From the human T2T-CHM13v2.0 reference genome, Homo sapiens, in the NCBI RefSeq assembly GCF_009914755.1, contig NC_060932.1: a DNA stretch of 64,000 nt; one strand, given 5' to 3'. The translations under genes and the position numbers were made by a program. Positions 45,793-58,390 of the stretch are shown piece after piece; the stretch's first letter is position 1, and each line of letters starts with the position of its first letter. The notes beneath the pieces were generated by a model. It was not told the DNA's origin. It worked only from the letters and a program-made list of their open reading frames with translations, and did no database searches.

Positions 45793-48233
45793 ATCTGGAT
45801 ATGATCAGGGAAGAAAACAAAACATATTTTTACCTTTTATATTAACAAGTGTTTCTCCCTTTAAAATATCAAAGATAGTTCTGGTTACTAAATCTCAAGA
45901 AAGACATGCTCTTAAAACTGGGATTACTAGGTCAAAAGTTACAAGCATTTTAATAACTCTTGATATATACATATATATTATACACTTACAAACATATATA
46001 CACATATGCATATACTTTTTGGGGGAGGGCAATTTACATTGCTGTTAGCGTTGCACGAGTGATATTAATTATCTGCAACACATAATGTCATTTACAAAAA
46101 GCTCATTTTCTAGGCATAATACATTTTGAGGTTAATGCACTGTAATTATTATCAAATTTGGACATTTTCCAATGTTAGTTTTCTATTTATATTTCCCTTT
46201 GTCTAAATTGCAAATTTATATTGTACTGATGATGATTTGTTTATTAAGGTCTTTCTATTAGATCTTTTTATTAGGATAATTTCATTACAAATTAAAATGA
46301 TCTCTTATTACTTATTTGTAAGTAACCCTGGGATTTTATACAGTGAATTGTGAATTGTGGAAACTACTGTGAATATCTAATCTGTTTCACTTTATAATGT
46401 TGTACTTTTGAATTATACCTATTATATTTGATGGGACAAGAGAGGAAAGATGAGTGAATATTTCTTAATTCCACTCATTAATATAGGTGATTATAGAAAC
46501 TTCTACCAGAATCTGGGATATGCTCAATTTTTAACACTCATGAGTATCACTGAGAAATTTTCTTTTCAGAGGGTTTTATGGATAATTTACTAGGGTTTCG
46601 AGGGAAGGTCTCTGTTTCTCCATGCCAACCTTTTCTGAAAATGTTAGTTTTCAGTACAAGTACTGATTTTACCCACTAAATGTTGGTAGTTACTGATTTC
46701 TAAACTCAACTCTTCTGCTAACTTGTTGGTGGACCTTTGACAAGTCACTTAACTTCTTTGTCTCCTCAACCACAAAATGAAATGTTAGTCTGAGATGTCC
46801 TTAAGCTCCTTGCTAGCTGTGCTTCTTTCCTGATTCATTTGTACTATCCATTTCTTGCCTCTAGATACACCTTTGGAATATGCAAATGAATTTGGAATTG
46901 TCTGTATTCTAACCTGAGTTGGCTTCTCTTTCTACATCATTCTTTAACCCTTATTCCAGCACAAGACAAACAGTACAAAGGTCTCAAAAGTTTGGGACCT
47001 TAGATCCAGAATGTTTTGAAACAATATTCACTCACTAAAATATGAACAAAGTTAAAGCAAAATATTTAACAACATTGTTTTACCTCTCAATTTTTTTGAG
47101 TTTCACTGCCTTGTCGTTTACAAACAAATATAAACGTACCTTATGATAGAGTTATTCTGTAAACTCCGTAATGCAAGATTTCCAAAAAAAAAAACATAAT
47201 ACAAGAGTTGCAAATATACATATTCGGGAATTCTTGACACTTTTGTCATCTAGTTTAAAAATCATCTGAGAAAGAATGTAATGAATTCATTTAACTGTGA
47301 GTTACATTTTAAATATTTTGTAGAGACACAAACTCTGAATAATTAACTCTGTTACTACTCAATAATTTAAGTGGAATGACCCTTGACAGTCTGTTTGTAA
47401 TAACTAACAGTGCATTTTAATTATTTTTTTTAAATTAGAAATGACATCTCTAGAGTTCAAGATTCTTGGGAGCAAAATTGAACTTTTAAAATTGGTTAGT
47501 ATAGAGGGTTATTTTTCTTAATGAAAATAAAACTGATTTGCATTTTAAAAATCTGGGTACACTTTTTAAAATGATTATGTCAGTAATTTAACATTAGGCA
47601 TATATTAGAGAGAATTATACCTTTTCTTTCTATCTCTTCATACCAATCTTCTGGTATGTTAGAAACTAGGTAGTATAAAAGCTAAATAATTGTAAGCCTG
47701 AAAAATCGAAGATTTAGTGATTTTAAGAATCTGAAATTTCTGTCAAAAAATGTAAAGCTAATTTTATAAAAATAAAGTTCAGTTTATAAGATAGCAAGAA
47801 TAAGACCTATCATAAAATTTACAAGCAGATTTAGTAATTATTAAATACTAGATTTAATAAGCAGGAAACTTATCTTCCACGTTCACTGGCTGTTTATCTT
47901 ATACTTGAACTCTTCCCTCATTTTATCCTTTTGAATAATACTGTACTAAAGTGAATCTCTGATTAATATTTAAATGTACATGGGGAGAAATGGGTAACCT
48001 AATCAGAGAAAATAATTAACAAACCACCTCATTCTCATATCCCTGAATTCTTACAAGGAGACATATATTTTGATTACTACAATGTAATTCCCTTTGACCT
48101 CCTTTCTAATTCAAAGCTTATTAGATTTCAGGATTGAACTGGCTCACTAACATTTAATTACAGTTCTTAAATATTTTCTGAATGTGTTCTAATGTCCTGG
48201 ATTTTCCTAAATTCCACTTTTCTTCTCCCTTAG

Positions 48234-48251
48234 AGTAGCAAAAGTTAACTG
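48234..48251 (+). other. Candidate 18-nt microexon
   Basis: Branch-like tcctaaa, tract ttccacttttcttctccctTAG, exon AGTAGCAAAAGTTAACTG, donor CTG|GTAAGG. Confidence 0.35.
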
Positions 48252-48343
48252 GTAAGGATTATTTTCCGCTTCCAGACAATTTTGTGATAGAGTGCAAAGA
48301 CAAATTCTTGTGGGCTAGGTAAAGTGCTTTTGTGGCAGATCAT

Positions 48344-48370
48344 CAACAACAACAACAACAACAACAACAA
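48344..48370 (+). repeat. (CAA)9 microsatellite
   Basis: Perfect trinucleotide run. Confidence 0.95.
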
Positions 48371-48758
48371 CATCAGCAAAAGCTTTTTATGCAGTGGCTG
48401 AAAGACGAGATAGGTCTTTATGTGTTAATGTAGAATGATATTTATGTTTTGATGGTTGAGCATTGCAATTTTATTTGGGCCTAAAAATGTTATAGGTTTA
48501 CGAAAAGAACATATATAATAGATGATAGATAGATAGACAGATATAAATTCCACATGTGCATTTGTATGTTTTTATGTGAGTGTGTTTGTAAAATACACAT
48601 TTTGTGTAAACATATAGATTATATGTAAGAACTATAAATGGACAGGTAATTGTCTATTTTTATATGTAATCTATCTACTTAATTTCTATTTTATTACAAT
48701 CTCTATCTCTATATAGCGATTTGCCATTGAAGAGGAAACTACTGACTTTTAAAATTCT

Positions 48759-49052
48759 TTTTTTTTTTTTTTGAGATGGAGTCTCGCTCTCTCGCCCAGG
48801 CTGGAGTGCAGCGGCGTGATCTTGGCTCACTGCAACCTCCACCTCATGGGTTCAAGCAAATTCTTCTGCCACAGCCTCCCGAGTAGCTGGGATTACAGGT
48901 GCCCGCCACCATGCCCAGCCAATTTTTGTATTTTTAATAGAGATGGGATTTCACCATCATGGCCAGGCTGGTCTCGAACTCTTGACCTCGTGATCCACCT
49001 GCCTTGGCCTCCCAGTGGGCTGGGATTACAGGCGTGAGCCACTGTGCCCGGC
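48759..49052 (-). mobile_element. AluS
   Basis: Reverse Alu; TSD tgacttttaaaattct. Confidence 0.9.
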
Positions 49053-50014
49053 TGACTTTTAAAATTCTAATTGACATAAATTTTAAAGTTTACTATATTT
49101 TTCATTTGCAATCAAAGCTTATGTAACTTTTATAATTAAAAACATTAAAAGGTAGTGATGTGCTATACTCTTCAAATACTGCATTTTATAAAACTATCTG
49201 ATATATATAATAAAGTTATAAAACTTGTTCAAAAAGAATTAATTCATCAAAATTTAACTAGTTACATGTTTTTAAAGTACATGGTGTTTCAGAATAATTC
49301 TAAGCAGAGATGTGCAAAGTTTAAGACAATTTTAAACTTATTAAGTGACTTAAAACATAAAAGAAATAAATGGAATTCTCAGGTTTCTGTGTAAGAAAAC
49401 TAAAATATGTGGAGAATTTAAGAGTTTTTAAATTAATTTTAGTTTGAACAAAGCTTGTGAAAAGGATTCCAAAGTTAATTTTCATATAATGAACAGAATA
49501 AAATAATAATTTTGAAAAAAAAAAGATAAAAGCGAGAAGAAAAGGGAGAATAACCGTATCAATGGCTAAACAACATTATAAGAATACAATGATGTTGTTG
49601 GAACAGGAATAGACAAACAGAATATTTTAACAAATAGACTAAATGACCCTTTTCTGTATACAGAAAAATCCATCCTTCCAGCACAGGCAGGGAGATTGGG
49701 CCGGGAGCTCCTTTCCTCTACTCTCTGGCTCCAAGAAGAACTTTTCCATGCCCTATTTGAGAAAATGGGCTGGGCACAAGCCTTGAACAATTTGCTAATC
49801 TTATAATATCCAAATAAAATATGTTTCTGTGAGGATTGACATGTGGTTACAAAAGCATTTACTTAAAAAAAAAAAAAAAGGAAGTTAGATCTCCATCTTA
49901 CACCATGGTCCCAAATAAATTCTAAATATATTAAACAATTAAATAAAATATTGGGCCTTAATAACTGTATGAAAAATTTATTAAATCTCTTAAAAAAGAA
50001 CTTTCTAGGTTTAA

Positions 50015-50470
50015 AATTATTCATTTATTCAAAAGCTATTGAAACCTCGTTTTTTCAGCTAGTAGGTATACAGCTTTAAGACAAAAGAACTACTTTTCAA
50101 AGAGCTTAGAATCTAGCTGAAAGCACAACTCAAGTATTGACAATAACAATTGATCTTTACATTAGGGGAAGAACAGATTGTAGTAAGGGGAAAGACAGGA
50201 GCCGTAACCACGTAGGCAAACACAGAGGCAAGAGAAAACATGAGCTGAGAAGTTCATTAATATTGAAGGTTAGAGGGGAAGAGATGACTGACAAAAGATG
50301 AAGCTGAAGACGAAGGCCAGAACTGAGTTTGAAGTGTCTTGTAATCCATGTGGAGGAATTTATGCTCTATCCTAAGAGCAGTGGAATGCTATTAAAGAGT
50401 TTTGAGTGAATGATGTCACGAATGAATTTTAGAAAATTCAATTTTACTGACTTATAAGAAAGACGAACTG
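50015..50470 (-). mobile_element. L2 relic
   Basis: attcatttattcaaaagctattgaa...tatcctaagagcagtggaatgctattaaagagttttgag. Confidence 0.55.
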
Positions 50471-51125
50471 GAAGTGACTATAGGCCTGAGAGTCTGGTTA
50501 GGGAGACACACAAACAGAAAATTACAGAAATGTGTCCGAAGAGGGTGAGTTTAAGGTATCAAGGAGGATGACATACCCATAGGACTCCACTCATTTACAA
50601 GTCAGCTGAGGTCTGTAAGGAGAGAAATCAGAAGAGGATTGGCTGGAGCAAGCTGAGATATTTGTAGTTAGGCTTAGGGTCAAATTCCCAGTTCTAGTGT
50701 GCTCTAGATGGCTGGAACACATCCAAGGGAAGTGTAAAGGGAAGTTTTCATTGTGAAGAGCTAAGGACTGAGCCAACATGACAAAGAAGTAGAAGGTGGA
50801 AACCCCTGGGAGTCAAAGATTCATATTTGGTGTCCTGGATCTAAGATTTGTCTGAAGAGACCACATGCCAAGAGGAGGTGTATATAAAGACTGGGGAGAC
50901 TAACAGGAATTCTGCAATTAGGGTTGGGTGTGAGAAGCCGGAACATTCTATTGCCTATTACATAGTGCATTATGGGACACATGTATTTTAATAAGCATTG
51001 TCATGATTCATTTGGAAATCGTAGCAAAGTAAGACTTTTAGATAAGGCTCATCAATGGAACTTTATCTTCTGTCTCTCATATACTGCATAATATGCCACA
51101 TAATGATGTTCTGGACAACAAAACA

Positions 51126-52302
51126 CAGTCACGTGATGTATAATGATGTTTTGGTCAACAGTGGACCACATATAAGGATGGTGGTCCATAGGATTATAAT
51201 GGAGCCAAAAAGTTCCTATGGTTAATGATGTCATAGCTGTTATAATGTCATGGGGCAATGCATTATTCACATGTTTGTGGTGATGCTGGTGTAAACAAAC
51301 CTACTGCACTGCCAATCATATGGAAGTATTGCACATACAATTAGGTACAGTGCCTAACACTTGGTATTAGTAATAAATGACTATGTTGCTGGTTTATGTA
51401 TTTACTATACTTTTTAATCCTTATTTTAGATTGTACTTCTACTTATTAAAGAAAAATTACTATAAAAGAGCCTCAGGCAGGTCCTTCAGGAGGTATTCCA
51501 GAGAAAGGCATTATTATCATAGGTGATGGCAGCTCCATGCATGTTTTTGTCCCTGAAAACCTTCCAATGGGACAAGATATGGGGGTGGAAGGCAGTGATA
51601 TTGATTATCCTAACCCTGTGTAGGCCTAGACTAAGGTGTGTGTATTTGTCTTAATATTTTAACAAAAGTTTAAAAAGTAAAAAAAAATAAAAATTAGAAA
51701 TAGAAAATGTTTATAGAATATGGATATCAAGAAAAATATTTTTGTACAGTTGACAATGTGTATATGTTTTAAGCTGTTATAAGAGTCAAAAAGTTAAAAA
51801 ACTTAAAGATGTAGAAAGTTAAAATGTTATAGTAAGTTAAGGTTAATTTATTTTTGAAAAACATTTTAAAATAAATTCAGTGTAGCCTACATAAAGTCTG
51901 CAATAGTGTATCGTAATGCATTCTAAGACTTCACATTCACTCACCACACACTCACTGACTTACCCAGAGCAACTTCCACTGTTGCCAAGTTCCCTTCATG
52001 GTAGGTGCCCTTGACAAGAGTACCAATGTTTCATTTTTTTAAACTATATTTTTACTGCACTTTTTCTATATTTAGATACACAAAAGGTTACCATTGTGTT
52101 ATAATTGCCTATTGTATTCAGTATAGTAATACACTATACAGACTTGTAGCCTAACAGCAATAGACTATAGCATATAGCCTAGGTGTGTAGTAGGTTATAC
52201 CATCTAGGTTTGTGTAATTACACTGTATGATGTTTGCGCAACAATGAAATTGCCTAACAATGCATTTCTCAGAATATATCCCCATAGTTAACATATCTCC
52301 TG
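51126..52302 (+). mobile_element. Tigger3 (Golem) non-autonomous DNA transposon, ~1.2 kb
   Basis: cagtca...gatgttttggtcaac...ggtggtccataggattataatggagc; cagg caggtccttcaggaggtattccag; gcatttctcagaatatatcccc terminus. Confidence 0.85.
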
Positions 52303-53082
52303 TGTGTGTATATATATATGTATTTATATATTTTATGTGGTTGGATTCTATGTAATTAAAAATAATCCCAAAATTAAAATTTAACACGGTATTTCTTCAT
52401 ATTCCTCAGTCATTTTAAATTGCTGCCTAATGTTCATCCAGTTAGCACTTTATCTTTTTATTTTGGTATCTTGATGCACAAAAGTTTTCTTTTTAATTTA
52501 ATGTAAGGAGATGTGTCAATATATTCTTTATGGTTTGTGCTTTTTGCATCTTTTAGTATTATTCATTTTTCTGTTCTGAGACAATAAATATATTTGACAT
52601 TATAATTATTATTATATTCTAAAAGCCTTGCTTTTTACATGTAAGTCATTAATCTACATATGATTGTATTTGGGATTTCATTTTATGATCTCTATAGGTA
52701 TAATTAGTTAGGATTATATAATTAATCATTTACCCATTAGACTGGAATGCCATGTGGATATCAACTTTTGTCTAGGCATAGCTCTATTTTGAGCTCTTTA
52801 TTCTGTTCTACTTATAACCCTATAACAATACCACACTCTCTTTATAACATATACGTTTGCCTTAATATGTAATTGGGAAGTCTTTCCCTATTCTTCAGAA
52901 TTATCCTGGCCTCCTTGGGCCTTTTTCTCTTCTATTATATATCAATTATAGAATCACTTCTTAAAATACAATTAACACAGTACTTACTGTGGATCAAAGT
53001 TGAATTAAAGCTGTAGATTAACTTAAGCAGTGTTGACATCCATGAGTATGGTATATGTCTGCGTGTATTTAGCGTGACTTTA

Positions 53083-53372
53083 TTTTTATTTATTTATTTT
53101 TTTTGAGACGAAGTCTCGCTCTGTCGCCCAGGCTGGACTGCAGTGGGCGATCTCGGCTCACTGCAAGCTCTGCCTCCCGGGTTCACGCCATTCTCCTGCC
53201 TCAGCCTCCCGTGTAGCTGGGACTACAGGCGTCTGTCACTGCGCCCGGCTAATTTTTTGTGTTTTTAGTAGAGACGGGGTTTCACCGTGGTCTCGATCTC
53301 CTGACCTCGTGATCCACCCGCCTCGGCCTCCCAGAGTGCTGGGATTACAGGCGTGAGCCACCACGCCTGGCC
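53083..53372 (-). mobile_element. AluYd-lineage element
   Basis: Sense strand reads gagatcgagaccacggtgaaacccc (12-bp left-arm deletion), gggcgcagtg and ctgcagtcc; CpG-rich. Confidence 0.8.
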
Positions 53373-53894
53373 TAGCTTGCCTTTAATAAGGTTTTATAAT
53401 GTTCTTCATGATTACTAAGTACCCTAGTGTTTTTGTTCCTTTGGTGCAAGGAAGTATTTTATTTCTTTCAAATCTCATTATTTTTTATTAGTTTATTGGC
53501 CAGTGCAGAGGAATACAATAGATAATTATTTTTTAGTCTATATCTAGGAAATTCGTGGAATGATTTTGTTAATATTATATTGTAAATTATTTTGAGTTTT
53601 CTATTTGGACAATTAAATTGATTGAAAATAATAATACCTTTCTTCTTTTCAAATCTTTATGTTTTTAAATTTATTTGTTCTTAAAATTTCTCTCTTGTTA
53701 GGGCCTCTGGTAAAATATTTAAGAAAAGCAATGCTAGCAGCAATTTTATGTCTTTCATGATACTAAAGTCATGATTCTAATTGCCTTTAATGAATAATTA
53801 TTAATGATTGGTTTAAGTTATATTAAAGAAGTTCACTTTTATTTGCAGTTTGCTAAGTTTTTATAGTGGATGGATATTGAATATTACCAAATGA

Positions 53895-54255
<361 letters not shown>

Positions 54256-54527
54256 AACATCTTTATTATTTTAATCTTTTAATGTGGTGAATCACATGAA
54301 TAGATTTGCAAATATTGTCATTCTAATGTTCTTACAATATATTCGATTTTGTCCTGTTGCATTTTATTTTTATACATTACTAACTTAGTATGACTTTTGG
54401 TTTATGTTCTAAAAGAGTGTATAGATGATTGAGTTTATGTGTTTTTTGAACGTCTAACACAATTTTATTATAAAACTTCTTTAGCTTGGAGTTTTATTAT
54501 TAGGTAGATTTTAATGAACTGATAGAG

Positions 54528-54829
54528 TTTTTCTGTTTTCTTTTTTGAGAAAGAGTCTCGCTCTTGTCCCACAGGCTGGAATGCAATGGTGTGATCTCGG
54601 CTCACTATAACCTTCGCCTCCTGGCTTCAAGCGATTCTCCTGCCTCAGCCTCCTGAGTAGCTGGGACTACAGGCTCCTACCACCACGCCCAGCTAATTTT
54701 TGTATTTTTAGTAGAGATGGGGTTTCACCACGTTGGCCAGGCTAGTCTTGAACTCCTGACCTCAGGTGATCTGCCTGCCTCAGCCTCCCAAAGTGCTGGG
54801 ATTACAAGCATGAGCCACCGCACCTGGCC
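54528..54829 (-). mobile_element. AluS
   Basis: Full reverse Alu. Confidence 0.9.
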
Positions 54830-55741
54830 ACGTTTTTAAAATAGTGATGACTTTATTCAGATTTTCTATTTCTTGTGATTAAATTTGTTAAATTTGTTTA
54901 GAAAAATGCCCATCTTGTGATCAAATTTGAGTTCAATTTGTTTAGGAAAATTGCCATAAAATTGTTCAGAATATTCACAGATTATTTTTGAGTATCTACT
55001 ATAATTCTTATGTTTTGTTTGTAATGTCTAACATTCCTTGTCTTTGCAAATAATAAATTTGACCTTGTTAAGACTCTACTTAATCTTTGCATTTTTATTT
55101 CAATAATTGACACATTTTTACTATTTTATATCTATTGTGTTATTTTTCCCTGTTGCTTGTTTTCTGACTTTTTAAATTGTACTTGAGACTAAATTTTTCT
55201 CCAACTATAGTTGTTTTATGCAAAAGATTTTTTTCTTACTTTGCTTTTTAATTTCTAATTCAATTCATATTATTTATATTTTTCTTAATTTTTGAAAGCA
55301 AGTGGACTTTTTATTATATTTTTTATTCCTGATTTTATTATATTTTATTTAGAGAATGTGATCTATATAATGCTTTCTTTCATTTTTAGGTTTCTCTATA
55401 GTCAGTTTTTTAAATGTTCATGAATCATTGACAAAAAAACATTTTCTAATTGTCAGATGAAGGCTTCTGTATATGTGCATTCTATTAGTTTGCTATTTTT
55501 TCCTCCTTTATCAGTTGCAAAAAGATATGTATCGAAGGTTTGAATTAATATTGATTTTCCACTTTTCTAATTTTGCCCATTCTTCCTTTATATATTTCTA
55601 GTCTATATTAATAGCTAAATAAGCTAAATATAAGCTGAGTAGTTTTACTTTCCATTGTAGTATTTTACCATTACATAGTGATTCTTTTACATGTATAATG
55701 ATTTTTTTTGGTCTTCAAATTTCTTTTTTGTCTAATATTGA

Positions 55742-56134
<393 letters not shown>

Positions 56135-56839
56135 CATCTTTTTACTTTCAAATTTTGTACAATAGGTTTTCATTTTTTAAATAAATAAAGCAGGGTTTTG
56201 TTACTGCTGTTTACATTGTTTTAGAAAATTTATAAATTTGTTTTCAAGTGACATTTATAATGATTGCTTATATGTGTCATTTTATTTTGTGATTTCTTTA
56301 TTCTTTTTCAAAATTATTTTCTGCCTTCATATTGATTAACCTTCTCTTTCAACCTCCCTCCATTTTTAGCCTTTCTTTTCTGTTATAAACATTATTTTAC
56401 TTACTAAACTATAATGTAACTTGCTTATTTGATTCAAATTTAAAATTAATAAATATACTTGTTATTTAAATAATATAAACCCTTAAGAAGTTTTAAGGAT
56501 TACCTCCTGTTTAACTTAAATATTATATTTGTCAACCAGTACTCTAGTTATTTTAGTTCATGCTCAACAATGTCTATGTATTGCTTTGTTTACTAGTCTT
56601 TCCAGTGTTCCATTGCTAGTTAAGCACCCAGAATTCAGAGCTGTAACACCTGATTGATATTCTCAACTGTACAATTTATAAGCTGTTTGTCTTTGTGCAT
56701 ATTTTTTGTATTTTTTAAAATTACTTTGTTTATTTTAGGTTTCATTTGCTCTCCTTCCTGTAGTTTCTTCAGTTTTTCAGTAATCTGAGATTTTAGGTTA
56801 TTGATTTGAGAGTTTTCTTCTTTTCTAATCTAAGCACTT

Positions 56840-57689
<850 letters not shown>

Positions 57690-58390
57690 CATTTAATATT
57701 ATATATTTTCCTCTAAGCACTGCTTTAGCTTTAACCCAGAATTTAAAAATGTTGCATTTTCATTTAGTTCAAATATTTTTTTTTAAATAAGTCTTCCTCT
57801 TTTACCTACGGGTTATTTCTTGTTGTTGTTGATTTAATATCCCAACATAAGAGGACTTTTTCCAGGTATCTTTTTATTATTTCTAGTTTAATTTTGTCAT
57901 GGTCCAAAATTATACTTTATGTGATTTTTATTGCTTTATATTTTTCAATGTTTATTTTATGAACCAGAATAGGGTTCATCTTCTTGAATGTTCCCTGTGC
58001 ACTTGAATAGAATGTTTATGCTGCCAGTATTGAGTGAAATCTTCTATAAATGTCAACTAGATAAAGTTGATTGATTGTGTTGGTCATCTACATCCTTACT
58101 GAGTTTCTGTTTCTCGTTCTATCAGTTACTGAGAGATGAGTGCTGAAGAATTCAACTGTTATTGTGAATTTGCATACTTCAGATTTATGAATTTTTGCTT
58201 CATATATTTTGTAGCTCTTTTGTTAAGTCCATATATATTTAAGATTGTTATGTCTTCTTGAAGAATTGACCCCTTTATCATTATATAAGGTCACTATTAT
58301 TACTCCTGACAATATTCCTTTTTGTTAAGTCTTTTTTGTCTGAAATTGATATAGCTACTCCAACTTCATTTTACTTAATGATTATATGAT

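Noticed and set aside
48341-48380. (CAA)9 as a polyglutamine coding tract
   Set aside because: No surrounding ORF or exon boundaries.
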